DNA of 64,000 nucleotides from Desulfuromonadales bacterium (lineage in GTDB: Bacteria > Desulfobacterota > Desulfuromonadia > Desulfuromonadales > JAWOCM01): the NCBI GenBank assembly GCA_046483795.1, contig JAWOCM010000080.1, positions 27,458 through 91,457 of the forward strand, written 5' to 3'. A program made the translations under genes and the position numbers. A model generated the notes under the pieces. It was not told the DNA's origin. It worked only from the letters and a program-made list of their open reading frames with translations, and did no database searches. This document shows positions 45,288-54,425 of the stretch, piece after piece (position 1 is the first letter of the stretch; every line of letters begins with the position of its first letter).

Positions 45288-46331
45288 ATGCCCAAAACGG
45301 AGACAAGCGTGAAACCTCTTTTGATAACAATGGGTGATCCGACGGGGATCGGACCGGAAATAGTGGTCCGGGCACTGCTGGAAGGCCGCTTCGACACCCT
45401 GGAGCGGCCGCTGGTCGTGGTCGGCGATGTCGCGATTCTTCAGCGGGCAGCCCGGTTGTTCGGCAGAGAGGTGGATGTTATTCAGACGTCCGACGAGGCA
45501 GGGGGACTGTCCTCGCACGTTCTGCGCATCGGCTCCAGGCGGCTTGCGGTGCGGGCTCTTTCGGCCCTGTCGGCGAAGACGCTGAAATGGGGGCATCCGG
45601 ATGAGGCCTGCGGACGGGCCATGGCCGAATATATCATCTGGGCCTGCGATCGTTGCCTCGACGGTCAGGCAGCGGGGATGGTGACGGCGCCGATCAACAA
45701 GGCGGCGATCCGCAAGGCCGGCTACCGCTATGCCGGTCACACAGAGCTGCTCGCCGAGCGCTGCGGCACAACCCGCGTGGTGATGATGCTGGCCGGGCCG
45801 CGGCTCAGGGTGTGCCTGGCGACGACCCATCTGGCGCTGCGGGACGTGCCGGCCACCCTGACAAGCGAGGGGATTCTGGAAACGATCCGGATCGCTCAAC
45901 ACAGCCTGCGGCGCTTCTGCGGTCTGGAGTCGCCCCGCCTGGCCGTTCTCGGCCTCAACCCGCACAGCGGCGAACAGGGCATGTTCGGCGATGAGGAAGA
46001 CAGGCTCATCCGCCCGGCCATCGAGACCGCCCGCGCCGAAGGCGTTGCCGCGAGCGGACCGCACAGCGCTGACACCCTTTTTCACTTCGCCGCCCGCGGG
46101 GATTACGACGCCGTCGTCTGCATGTACCACGACCAGGGACTGATCCCCCTGAAGCTGCTCCATTTCGACGATGCCGTCAATGTGACGCTCGGCCTGCCGA
46201 TTGTGCGGACTTCGGTCGACCACGGCACCGCTTACGATCTCGCCGGCACCGGGCAGGCAAGTCCGGCGAGTCTGGTGGCGGCAGTCTCCATGGCCACCGA
46301 AATGACTTCAAAAGAGAATCCCCGGTTTTAA
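45288..46331 (+). CDS. pdxA: 4-hydroxythreonine-4-phosphate dehydrogenase.
   Basis: ITMGDPTGIGPEI N-terminal block, GHTE and HG metal-ligand regions. I prefer the ATG at 45288; the tracked ORF starts with TTG at 45252. Confidence 0.88.
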   Translation: MPKTETSVKPLLITMGDPTGIGPEIVVRALLEGRFDTLERPLVVVGDVAILQRAARLFGREVDVIQTSDEAGGLSSHVLRIGSRRLAVRALSALSAKTLKWGHPDEACGRAMAEYIIWACDRCLDGQAAGMVTAPINKAAIRKAGYRYAGHTELLAERCGTTRVVMMLAGPRLRVCLATTHLALRDVPATLTSEGILETIRIAQHSLRRFCGLESPRLAVLGLNPHSGEQGMFGDEEDRLIRPAIETARAEGVAASGPHSADTLFHFAARGDYDAVVCMYHDQGLIPLKLLHFDDAVNVTLGLPIVRTSVDHGTAYDLAGTGQASPASLVAAVSMATEMTSKENPRF

Positions 46332-46369
46332 TCGATATTTGAAACTGGGGATCAGGAATTGGTTTTTAT

Positions 46370-49183
46370 ATGGCTGACAAAATCGTCCTCAAAGGCGTCC
46401 GCGAACATAATCTGAAGAATCTCGAGGTGGTCATCCCCCGCGACAAACTGGTGGTCATCACCGGCGTTTCAGGGTCGGGCAAGAGTTCGCTGGCTTTCGA
46501 CACGATTTACGCCGAGGGTCAGAGGCGCTACGTCGAGAGCCTTTCAGCCTACGCCCGGCAGTTTCTGGAGCAGATGGAGAAACCGGATGTCGACAGCATC
46601 GAAGGGCTCTCGCCCGCGATTTCCATCGAACAGAAAACGACTTCGAAAAACCCCCGATCCACCGTCGGAACCGTTACAGAAATCTACGATTACCTGCGTC
46701 TGCTCTACGCCCGGGTTGGCGAGGTTCACTGTCATTCCTGCGGGAAACTGATCGCTTCTCAGACCATTGAACAGATGGTCGACCGTGTCATGACGCGGCC
46801 TCATCGCTCCCGTCTGCTGATACTTGCGCCTATTGTCCGCGGACGCAAGGGAGAGTATCGCAAGGAGCTCAAGCAGCTGCAGGCCGACGGATTCGTGCGG
46901 GTTCGGGTCGACGGAGAGATGCACGAGCTGGCAGAAGATATCTCTCTCGACAAGAAGAAAAAGCACACCATCGAGGTGGTGGTCGATCGCCTGATTGTCA
47001 AGGAAGGCATCGAGAGCCGGCTCGCCGATTCCCTGGAGACCGCCCTGCGTCTGGCCGATGGAATCGCCCGGGTTGAGGATCTCGACGGCGGGAGCGAATT
47101 GTTTTCGGAAAAACACGCCTGCATCGAGTGTGGCGTGTCCTATCCCGAGATCACCCCGCGCATGTTCTCCTTCAATAACCCCTATGGAGCCTGCTCCGAA
47201 TGTACAGGGCTGGGAACCCGCATGTATTTCGACCCGGAACTGGTCGTTCCAAATCCGGCTCTGTCCCTGAGGGAGGGGGCGATTGCACCGTGGGAGGGGC
47301 GCAGCGGCGTTTACTATCATCAGTTGGTGGAAGCCCTGGCCGACCATTTCGATTTCGACGTGCGCACACCCTTTCGCGATCTGCCCAAAAAGATCCAAAA
47401 TGTTCTTCTCCATGGCAGTGCAGACGAGAAGGTGCGCTTTTTTTTCGATCAGGGCGGAAGGCGCCATTTTTATTTCAAGCCCTTCGAAGGGGTGATGCCG
47501 ATTCTCGAGCGGCGCTATCGTGAAACCGACTCGGAGAGCGTTCGCGAATCGCTCGAGAAGTACATGAACGTGATGCCCTGCCCCACCTGCAATGGCGCAC
47601 GCCTTCGGCGCGAATCACTTTATGTGCGTATCGGCGGCTACCATATTCAGCATGTGTGTGCTCTCTCTATCAGCGAGGCGCAAGGCTTTTTCGCCGACTT
47701 GACGCTTTCGGCGAAGCAGCTCGAAATTGCCCGCAGGATTCTCAAGGAGATTCGAGAGCGTCTCTCTTTTCTAGAACACGTCGGGCTGACCTACCTGAGT
47801 CTCGACCGGTCGGCCGGCACCCTTTCCGGCGGCGAGGGACAACGGATCCGCCTCGCAACCCAGATCGGCTCGTCTCTGGTGGGGGTGCTGTATATCCTCG
47901 ATGAGCCTTCCATCGGGCTGCATCAGCGGGACAATCGTAAACTGCTCGAAACCCTGAAGCATCTCAGGGATCTGGGCAACACTGTCCTGGTCGTCGAACA
48001 CGATGAAGAGACCATTCTCGAGGCGGACTATCTGATCGACATGGGTCCCGGGGCCGGACGTTACGGCGGGGAAATCGTTTCGAAAGGAACCCCTCAGCAG
48101 GTCCTGGCCGATCCCCGCTCGCTGACGGGACGGTATCTAAGCGGCGAGCTCACCATTGCGCTGCCCAGACAGCGCCGCCGCCCCGAGCGCTATCTGGAGA
48201 TCCGCGGAGCCAGCGGCAACAATCTGCAGAATATCGACGTCAGTATTCCCCTGGGAGTGATGAGCTGCGTCACAGGGGTGTCCGGATCGGGAAAATCGAC
48301 CCTGGTTGTCGATACCCTTTACAGGGCTCTCAGCCAGCATTTCTATCGGGCCAAGAGCAAAGCCGCCCGCCATGAACGTATTCTGGGAATCGACTTCCTG
48401 GACAAGGTCATCGACATCGACCAGAGTCCGATCGGACGAACCCCTCGTTCCAATCCGGCCACCTACACCGGTGTTTTCACAGACATCCGCGATCTGTTCG
48501 CCCGACTGCCCGAGGCCAAGGTGCGCGGATACAAACCGGGGCGCTTCTCCTTCAACGTCAAGGGGGGGCGCTGCGAGGCGTGCCAGGGGGACGGGATCAT
48601 CAAGATCGAGATGCACTTTCTCCCCGACGTCTTCGTCACCTGCGAGGTGTGCAAGGGCTCCCGGTACAACCGCGAAACGCTGGAGGTGAAGTACAAGGGC
48701 CGCAGTATCGCCGAGCTTCTCGACATGACCGTCAACCAGGCCTCCGAATTTCTCGCCTCCATCCCCCGGATCTCGGGAAAACTCGAGATGCTGCGGGAGG
48801 TCGGACTGGGTTACGTCAAACTGGGGCAAAGCGCCACGACTCTCTCCGGAGGCGAGGCCCAGCGGGTCAAGCTGGCCAAGGAGCTCGGCAAACGGGCCAC
48901 CGGCAGGACCATTTATATTCTCGATGAGCCGACGACCGGCCTGCACTTTGCCGATATCGAAAAGCTGATGTCGGTACTGCAGTGTCTGGTGGATACCGGA
49001 AACACGGTGATCATCATCGAACACAACCTCGATGTCATAAAGATAGCCGATCATATCATCGACCTTGGTCCCGAAGGAGGCAGCGGCGGCGGTGAGATCG
49101 TCGCAGCGGGCACACCGGAAAGCGTTGCCCGCTGCAGCCGTTCTCATACCGGCCGTTACCTGAGATCGCGACTCGATATCTGA
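46370..49183 (+). CDS. uvrA: Excinuclease ABC subunit A.
   Basis: 937 aa with two ABC ATPase modules (GVSGSGKSS and GVSGSGKST) and zinc-finger Cys clusters. Confidence 0.98.
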   Translation: MADKIVLKGVREHNLKNLEVVIPRDKLVVITGVSGSGKSSLAFDTIYAEGQRRYVESLSAYARQFLEQMEKPDVDSIEGLSPAISIEQKTTSKNPRSTVGTVTEIYDYLRLLYARVGEVHCHSCGKLIASQTIEQMVDRVMTRPHRSRLLILAPIVRGRKGEYRKELKQLQADGFVRVRVDGEMHELAEDISLDKKKKHTIEVVVDRLIVKEGIESRLADSLETALRLADGIARVEDLDGGSELFSEKHACIECGVSYPEITPRMFSFNNPYGACSECTGLGTRMYFDPELVVPNPALSLREGAIAPWEGRSGVYYHQLVEALADHFDFDVRTPFRDLPKKIQNVLLHGSADEKVRFFFDQGGRRHFYFKPFEGVMPILERRYRETDSESVRESLEKYMNVMPCPTCNGARLRRESLYVRIGGYHIQHVCALSISEAQGFFADLTLSAKQLEIARRILKEIRERLSFLEHVGLTYLSLDRSAGTLSGGEGQRIRLATQIGSSLVGVLYILDEPSIGLHQRDNRKLLETLKHLRDLGNTVLVVEHDEETILEADYLIDMGPGAGRYGGEIVSKGTPQQVLADPRSLTGRYLSGELTIALPRQRRRPERYLEIRGASGNNLQNIDVSIPLGVMSCVTGVSGSGKSTLVVDTLYRALSQHFYRAKSKAARHERILGIDFLDKVIDIDQSPIGRTPRSNPATYTGVFTDIRDLFARLPEAKVRGYKPGRFSFNVKGGRCEACQGDGIIKIEMHFLPDVFVTCEVCKGSRYNRETLEVKYKGRSIAELLDMTVNQASEFLASIPRISGKLEMLREVGLGYVKLGQSATTLSGGEAQRVKLAKELGKRATGRTIYILDEPTTGLHFADIEKLMSVLQCLVDTGNTVIIIEHNLDVIKIADHIIDLGPEGGSGGGEIVAAGTPESVARCSRSHTGRYLRSRLDI

Positions 49184-49280
49184 GAATCTGAGCAAAAAAG
49201 GTCATTCAAACAATCGCGTTCGACGAATTCTCCCTTGAGGAGTTGCCCAAGCGGGACTTGCCTGATCTCCGGCCGCGAGG

Positions 49281-49308
49281 TTGACAAGGGACGAGAACGA
49301 TATAGAAT
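49281..49308 (+). promoter_or_regulatory. Sigma70-type promoter for rubrerythrin.
   Basis: TTGACA (49281-49286), a 16-nt spacer, then TAGAAT (49303-49308). Confidence 0.4.
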
Positions 49309-49364
49309 AATAGACACGAATTTCTTTTTCTCAAAGTTTATCACGTACTTAAAGGAGATATGAT

Positions 49365-49874
49365 ATGCCGAAACTGAAGGGAAGCAAGACGGATAAAGGG
49401 CTGCAGGAAGCGTTTGCAGGAGAGTCACAGGCCAATCGCAAATACCTCGCCTTTGCCCAACAGGCCGAAAGGGAAGGTCATCCCCAGGTGGCCCGGCTTT
49501 TCCGCGCAGCTGCAGCCGCCGAAACGGTTCATGCCCACGCGCATCTGCGTGTGATGGAGGGGGTCGCCGGCACCGAGGACAATCTCAGAGAGGCCGTCAG
49601 TGGGGAAACGCATGAATTTACCGAGATGTATCCCCAGATGATCCAGGACGCGACCAACGAAGGATTCGATGCTGCACTGAAAAGTTTCACCTTTGCCAAT
49701 ACGGTGGAGAAAGTGCATGCTAAACTCTTCGAAAAGGCCCTGGATAATCTCGGCAGTAATGAAGCGGTCGAGTATTACGTCTGTCAGGTTTGCGGCCACA
49801 CCATCGAAGGGCCACCGAGCGGACCATGCGAGGTCTGCGGCGCTGCGGAGCGAGCCTTTAACAAGATCGACTGA
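49365..49874 (+). CDS. rbr: Rubrerythrin.
   Basis: 169 aa with diiron four-helix-bundle ligand motifs (ESQANRKY, ETVHAHAH, ETHEFTEMY, EKVHAKLF) and a C-terminal rubredoxin-like CQVCG..CEVCG. Confidence 0.92.
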   Translation: MPKLKGSKTDKGLQEAFAGESQANRKYLAFAQQAEREGHPQVARLFRAAAAAETVHAHAHLRVMEGVAGTEDNLREAVSGETHEFTEMYPQMIQDATNEGFDAALKSFTFANTVEKVHAKLFEKALDNLGSNEAVEYYVCQVCGHTIEGPPSGPCEVCGAAERAFNKID

Positions 49875-49895
49875 CAGCTGCGAAGACTCCCTAAA

Positions 49896-49929
49896 GGCCG
49901 GGCTCCGGAGGGGTCCGGCCTTTTTTTTT
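49896..49929 (+). terminator. Intrinsic terminator after rbr.
   Basis: A GGCCGG...CCGGCC stem followed by a run of nine T. Confidence 0.55.
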
Positions 49930-49940
49930 GAGGTTTTGTC

Positions 49941-50273
49941 ATGGAAAAATGTCCCGTTTGTAAAGAAGAGAAAAAAGGCAAATACTGGTGTGATGCCTGC
50001 AAAACTGTTTTCGTTTGCCCTCTTCAGAATTGTGGAGCCCCGATCCGCAAAAGGGACGCCAGGGAATGCCCTCGATGCGGCCTTTTCTTCGAGGACTTCA
50101 TAGAGCGCCGGAAGATGTACCGCCGCTGTCCGAAATGCAGGAAAAAGCAGGGGCTCTCCGAGGGTCAGTGCCGCCACTGCAACCACTGGTTCAGTTGCCC
50201 CACCTGTGGACACAGTATCAAGACGACCAGCAGCCTGACTTGCCCCCGATGCGCGACAGACCTGCGTCGCTGA
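49941..50273 (+). CDS. Cysteine-rich protein with four tandem zinc-ribbon modules; function unknown.
   Basis: 110 aa with 16 Cys arranged as 8 CxxC/Cx4C knuckles (C4/C7, C17/C20, C26/C31, C43/C46, C63/C66, C77/C80, C86/C89, C101/C104). The remainder is basic. Confidence 0.6.
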   Translation: MEKCPVCKEEKKGKYWCDACKTVFVCPLQNCGAPIRKRDARECPRCGLFFEDFIERRKMYRRCPKCRKKQGLSEGQCRHCNHWFSCPTCGHSIKTTSSLTCPRCATDLRR

Positions 50274-50377
50274 TTTGCAGCAAATCAGATGAATCGCCGC
50301 GCTTTTTCTGTTAATATCTGATACCGTCAGGTTTTTCCATTTTCATGAAATGATTGTCTGCGCGAAGGAGTGGGGTC

Positions 50378-51805
50378 TTGCTCGACTTGATTTTGGGGGG
50401 CGTCCTTTTGGCGCTGGCGGTCGTATCCGCCGCCCATGCGCTGCTTTACAAACGAGATCCGAGGGCGGCTCTGATCTGGATCGTTATCTGTTTCGCGCTG
50501 CCCGGAGTCGGCGCTGGTATTTACTGGCTTCTCGGCGTCAACCGGATCCGTACCCGCGCCCGAACCTGGCAGGAAGGGGGCAGGGGCATACCCAAGCTGG
50601 ATCCGGACACCCATCGGTTGGGGATAGAGCTCGCCTCACCCTCCATTCAGGCGGAAAACTTTGCCGGACAGCTCAATCTGGTCGACAGCGTGACCCGCCG
50701 GCCGCTAGTTCCGGGTAACGACCTCCAACCTCTGCATAACGGCGAGGGGGCTTTCCCCGCCATGCTCAAGGCGATCGAAGAAGCAAATACCAGTATTTGC
50801 CTTTCCACCTATATTTTTGAATCTAACCAGACCGGGCGCAAGTTTGCCAAAGCCCTTGTGGATGCGGCCAAACGCGGTGTCGAGGTGAGAGTTCTGATCG
50901 ACGCCCTCGGTGACCGGTATACTTTCCCCTCTATCCGCAGGTTTTTCAAGAAAACCCCGGTGCGCATCGAGCGGTTTCTTCCTCCCTCTTTGATGGGGCG
51001 GGGCGTTTTTTTCAATCTCCGGAATCATCGTAAGATCATGGTTGTCGATGGCCGTCTGGGCTTCGTCGGAGGGATGAATATCGGCGACAGGCATCTTGCA
51101 GAAAACAAGGAAAACAAAAGGCGGGTCATCGGCCTTCATTTTGCCATGACCGGACCGGCGGTCAGCCAACTCGAAGATGCGTTCAACGAAGACTGGACTT
51201 TCACCACCGGCGAAGAGGCAGCCGATAGACCGAAAGGAGATCCCGAAATACCCGGGAAGGCTCTCTGTCGCGGCATCAGCGCCGGCCCGAACGAGGACTT
51301 CGAGAAACTCTACTGGATCCTTATCGGCGCCTTGAATTGCGCACGAAGTAACATCCGCATCATGACGCCCTATTTCATTCCCGATCGAGCTTTGATCAGC
51401 GCCATCGATGCCGCTGCCCTGCGGGGTGTCGACGTTGAAATCGTTTTGCCGGGGAAAAACAACCTCCCTTACGTCGGCTGGGCTATGAGCGCCTACCTCT
51501 GGGAAATGCTGCAGTACAAAACCCGCATCTATTACCTTCCTCCTCCGTTTGTCCACAGCAAACTGTTCGTGGTCGACGATTATTATGTCCTTGTCGGTTC
51601 GGCCAATCTCGACCCGCGCAGCATGCGGCTCAATTTCGAATTCAACGTGGAGGTCTACGATCATTCATTGGCTGTTTATCTGGCCGACCATTTCGATCAG
51701 ATGAGAAAGAGCGCCCAGTCGGTCAGTCTGGAAGAAGTCGACAGCCGGTCGCTGCCCATCAGAATGCGTGATGCCACCGCCAAGCTTTTTTCGCCCTATC
51801 TTTAA
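50378..51805 (+). CDS. cls: Cardiolipin synthase (PLD superfamily).
   Basis: Two N-terminal TM segments and two HKD motifs (HRKIMVVDG, HSKLFVVDD). I prefer the TTG at 50378 with AAGGAG 7 nt upstream; the tracked ORF starts with TTG at 50354. Confidence 0.88.
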   Translation: MLDLILGGVLLALAVVSAAHALLYKRDPRAALIWIVICFALPGVGAGIYWLLGVNRIRTRARTWQEGGRGIPKLDPDTHRLGIELASPSIQAENFAGQLNLVDSVTRRPLVPGNDLQPLHNGEGAFPAMLKAIEEANTSICLSTYIFESNQTGRKFAKALVDAAKRGVEVRVLIDALGDRYTFPSIRRFFKKTPVRIERFLPPSLMGRGVFFNLRNHRKIMVVDGRLGFVGGMNIGDRHLAENKENKRRVIGLHFAMTGPAVSQLEDAFNEDWTFTTGEEAADRPKGDPEIPGKALCRGISAGPNEDFEKLYWILIGALNCARSNIRIMTPYFIPDRALISAIDAAALRGVDVEIVLPGKNNLPYVGWAMSAYLWEMLQYKTRIYYLPPPFVHSKLFVVDDYYVLVGSANLDPRSMRLNFEFNVEVYDHSLAVYLADHFDQMRKSAQSVSLEEVDSRSLPIRMRDATAKLFSPYL

Positions 51806-51813
51806 ATCCCGAC

Positions 51814-51847
51814 AAAAAAGGGGCGGCCTTCAGGCCGCCCCTTTTTT
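51814..51847. terminator. Bidirectional intrinsic terminator.
   Basis: AAAAAA-GGGGCGGCC-ttca-GGCCGCCCC-TTTTTT. Confidence 0.72.
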
Positions 51848-51907
51848 GTCGTCGTCATCGTCTGACGTTTTTTCCTCCCGAACCGGGAGGGCGCAATTGT
51901 CGGACAG

Positions 51908-51994
51908 TCAGGTCTGAACCCCCATTTTGGGCAAAACCCACCTGTTGATGATGAACCAGATAGCGATAAAACCGAGAAACCAGAGAATATCCAT
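51908..51994 (-). CDS. Small hydrophobic protein (28 aa, one TM segment); candidate sORF absent from the ORF track.
   Basis: GGAGG lies 5 nt upstream of the ATG at 51994. The ORF encodes MDILWFLGFIAIWFIINRWVLPKMGVQT and ends at TGA (51908-51910). A plausible promoter lies upstream. No homology check was possible. Confidence 0.4.
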   Translation of the reverse strand: MDILWFLGFIAIWFIINRWVLPKMGVQT

Positions 51995-52021
51995 AACGAC
52001 CTCCAATCATATGCCTTTCAA

Positions 52022-52049
52022 TATATAACAGCTTGATCTTTTGAAGCAA
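52022..52049 (-). promoter_or_regulatory. Candidate sigma70 promoter for the sORF.
   Basis: On the minus strand: TTGCTT, a 16-nt spacer, then TATATA. It overlaps the divergent SOR promoter. Confidence 0.35.
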
Positions 52050-52059
52050 GTGATATAAT
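52033..52059 (+). promoter_or_regulatory. Candidate extended -10 promoter for the Tat-SOR gene.
   Basis: TTGATC (52033-52038), then TGaTATAAT (52051-52059), which matches the extended -10 consensus TGnTATAAT. Confidence 0.5.
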
Positions 52060-52115
52060 TGCACCAGCGAAGTGACGGTATTGCCGGAAAGTCAAATCAC
52101 TGCGGAGGGCAAACA

Positions 52116-52589
52116 ATGAAAAGACGACAGTTTATCGGACAGGCGATCAGCGGTGCAGGAGCGGTTCTGGTGGCAGGCCCCGCCGTTGCGCTGGCAGGGG
52201 GGGAAAGCGATTTCACACCGTACAGGAAAGTGGATTCGGACCTCTTTCAGGGCATCAACAGGGGGGACAGTTCCAAAGAAAAAAGCCTGCTGGAAAAAAA
52301 GCACCTTCCCGTCATAGATCTTCCGGACAAGGTCGCCAAAAATGAAACGTTCGAGATCAACGTGGCGCTCGGTGCTGTCGAACATCCGATGTCGAAGGAG
52401 CACTATATCGATTATGTGGAATTGTTTGCGGGCAATGCTCCAGCAGGACGAGTGGATTTCCGTCCTGATTTCAGCGTTCCCCAAGCCACATTTTACGTAA
52501 GGCTGGATAAGCCGGTGACACTGATCGCCCGGGCCTACTGCAACCTGCACGGGCTTTGGGAGAGCAGGACAGAAATTGCTCCTGCTTGA
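52116..52589 (+). CDS. Superoxide reductase (neelaredoxin/desulfoferrodoxin centre II type) with a twin-arginine signal peptide.
   Basis: GGAGGG RBS, then MKRRQFIGQAISGAGAVLVAGPAVALA (Tat motif RRQFI plus AxA cleavage). SOR ligand blocks are EKKHLPVI, VEHPM, EHYIDYVEL and CNLHGLW. The tracked ORF starts upstream at 52059. Confidence 0.85.
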   Translation: MKRRQFIGQAISGAGAVLVAGPAVALAGGESDFTPYRKVDSDLFQGINRGDSSKEKSLLEKKHLPVIDLPDKVAKNETFEINVALGAVEHPMSKEHYIDYVELFAGNAPAGRVDFRPDFSVPQATFYVRLDKPVTLIARAYCNLHGLWESRTEIAPA

Positions 52590-52662
52590 GACTCCGGATT
52601 CGCAGACGCAGAGACATCGCCAGGACCTCTGTCCCGGAAATTCACTTTAAGGGGACGTCCTT

Positions 52663-53088
52663 CTAAAGCAGAAGAACGGGGCAGTGCACCTTGTGCATGA
52701 TGTGGTTGGCCACCGAACCGAAGAGAACGTCCCTGATCTCGCCCATGGTATGTCGGCCGATGATCAAAAGGCGATATTCCTCCTCGTTTGCGATGTGTAC
52801 TATCGTCGAGCGGGGTGATCCTTCCTCCAGGCGCAGTTCCACTTCGATCCCTGCGTCGGCAAAAGTCCGGCCCTGTTCATCGAGAAACTGCCGAGCGGCC
52901 GCATCGGCCTTCTCCTTGATCATCGAAACCTGGAAATCGGGGATCATCCGATAGGCCAGTCGTTCTATATCGACGACGTGCAGCAGGGTGACCGGCAGCG
53001 TCAAGCGCTCCTTATGCCTGATGAGGGTTGAGACGGTTTGCCGGGATGTGCCGGAATTGTCGATCGGAACGAGGATTTTGTCGGGCAT
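52663..53088 (-). CDS. Universal stress protein (UspA family).
   Basis: 141 aa with ILVPIDNS at the N-terminus and the C-terminal GSVANHIMHKVHCPVLLL, which contains the G-x9-G(S/T) ATP-binding-like motif. Confidence 0.85.
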   Translation of the reverse strand: MPDKILVPIDNSGTSRQTVSTLIRHKERLTLPVTLLHVVDIERLAYRMIPDFQVSMIKEKADAAARQFLDEQGRTFADAGIEVELRLEEGSPRSTIVHIANEEEYRLLIIGRHTMGEIRDVLFGSVANHIMHKVHCPVLLL

Positions 53089-53107
53089 GGGTCGTTCTCC
53101 CCTGTTG

Positions 53108-54403
53108 CTATCCGCCGTGACCGTAAACCAGCCGTGGCAGAAACAGTACCAGGTCGGGCCAGAAGGTCAGCAGGCCCAGGACCAGCAGTTGAAGAATGAG
53201 AAAGGGCATTACGGCGCGCGAGACATAGAGAATGTTGCGGTCGACTGTTGCTCCGGATATATAAAGGCTGACCCCGAGGGGCGGAGTGCAGTATCCGATA
53301 CCGAGGTTGAAGGTCATCAGCAGTCCGAAGTGCAGGGAATCGATCCCGAACTTGGCCAGAAGCGGCAGGAAGATCGGGGTGAGGATCAGCGTCGCTGAAA
53401 TGATATCGATGAACATTCCGATGATCAGCAGCAGGATGTTCACAGAGAGCAGAAAGACCCACGGCGACTGGATGTTGGCGACCACGGCGTTGGCGATCTT
53501 GGCCGGAATCTGCTCGAAAGTCAGATACTCCCCGAAGACCGAAGCACCGGCGACGATGACCAGAAGGGTCGCGGAGGTGATTGCAGAGGAAACAACCACC
53601 TTCTTTACATCGCGCAGCCTCATGTCGCGATGGATGAAGATCTCGACAAAAAAGGCGTAGAAACAGGCGACTACCGCTGCCTCGTTGGCGGTGAACAGCC
53701 CCGAGTAGATGCCACCGAAAATCAGTACCGGCAAAAACAGGGCCCAGGCGCTTTCACTGAGCACGGCAACGACTTCCCCGAAAGAGGGCCTCGGAACAGC
53801 GGGCATATTCGAGCGCTTGCACACGAAATAGGCGTAAAGCGACATGACGGCGACGATCAGCAGGCCAGGGATGAATCCGGTGAGGAAGAGCGATTCGAGC
53901 GGATCATTGGAAACCATGGCATAGAGGATCATCGAGATCGAAGGCGGGACGATCACCCCGAGGATCGGCGCTGTGGTCATGATTCCCACGCTGAAGCGAT
54001 CGTCGTAGTGGTTTTCGATCAGAGCGGGGATCATGAAACCGCCGATGGCAACCACTGTGGCCACCGTCGAACCGGAAATGGCACCGAAAAAGCCGCAGGC
54101 GAGAACGCCTGACATGGCCAGGCCCCCGGGGAGAAATCCGACCAGGGTATTGGCCGTCTTGATCAGTTTCTGCACAATGGTGCCGGTGGTCATGACATTG
54201 CCGCACAGCACGAAAAAGAGCACCACGATCAGGGCGAACTTGTCCATGCTGCGATAGAGGACTTCGATGGTGACCTGGGGGTCGATTCCCATCAGCCACA
54301 CCAGTCCGACCATGCCGGTGAAGAACAGGGCCATGAAGACCGGAATGGTGCCGGCGAGGCAGCCGAGCAGCACAGAAATTATCAAGAGGTACTGGGTGTT
54401 CAT
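53108..54403 (-). CDS. dctM: TRAP transporter large permease (DctM).
   Basis: 431 aa, polytopic, with DctM-type sequence throughout. Confidence 0.92.
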   Translation of the reverse strand: MNTQYLLIISVLLGCLAGTIPVFMALFFTGMVGLVWLMGIDPQVTIEVLYRSMDKFALIVVLFFVLCGNVMTTGTIVQKLIKTANTLVGFLPGGLAMSGVLACGFFGAISGSTVATVVAIGGFMIPALIENHYDDRFSVGIMTTAPILGVIVPPSISMILYAMVSNDPLESLFLTGFIPGLLIVAVMSLYAYFVCKRSNMPAVPRPSFGEVVAVLSESAWALFLPVLIFGGIYSGLFTANEAAVVACFYAFFVEIFIHRDMRLRDVKKVVVSSAITSATLLVIVAGASVFGEYLTFEQIPAKIANAVVANIQSPWVFLLSVNILLLIIGMFIDIISATLILTPIFLPLLAKFGIDSLHFGLLMTFNLGIGYCTPPLGVSLYISGATVDRNILYVSRAVMPFLILQLLVLGLLTFWPDLVLFLPRLVYGHGG

Positions 54404-54425
54404 GGCAAGCGGCGAACCAGCAGGG

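Noticed and set aside
45255-46223. 322-aa minus-strand ORF.
   Set aside because: It lies antisense to pdxA in the most GC-rich part of the window and is a shadow ORF.
48137-49195. 352-aa minus-strand ORF, together with 46544-47467 (307 aa).
   Set aside because: Both lie antisense to uvrA, whose two ABC modules are clear.
49300-49345. Possible PerR/Fur box upstream of rubrerythrin (ATAGAATAATAGA), with a similar AGAATTATTTTCT upstream of the second rbr-like gene at about 63590.
   Set aside because: The sequences are A/T-rich and only loosely similar. Neither forms a convincing 7-1-7 palindrome, and I cannot separate them from promoter A/T richness by eye.
49425-50213. 262-aa minus-strand ORF spanning rbr and the zinc-ribbon gene.
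   Set aside because: It crosses the rbr terminator and lies antisense to two ORFs with strong internal logic (diiron ligands; 8 regularly spaced Cys knuckles).
51855-52064. Tracked 69-aa minus-strand ORF.
   Set aside because: It has no RBS at its ATG and an odd composition. A different frame in the same region gives a TM peptide with GGAGG at ideal spacing, so I favour the 51908-51994 sORF, though that call is itself low-confidence.
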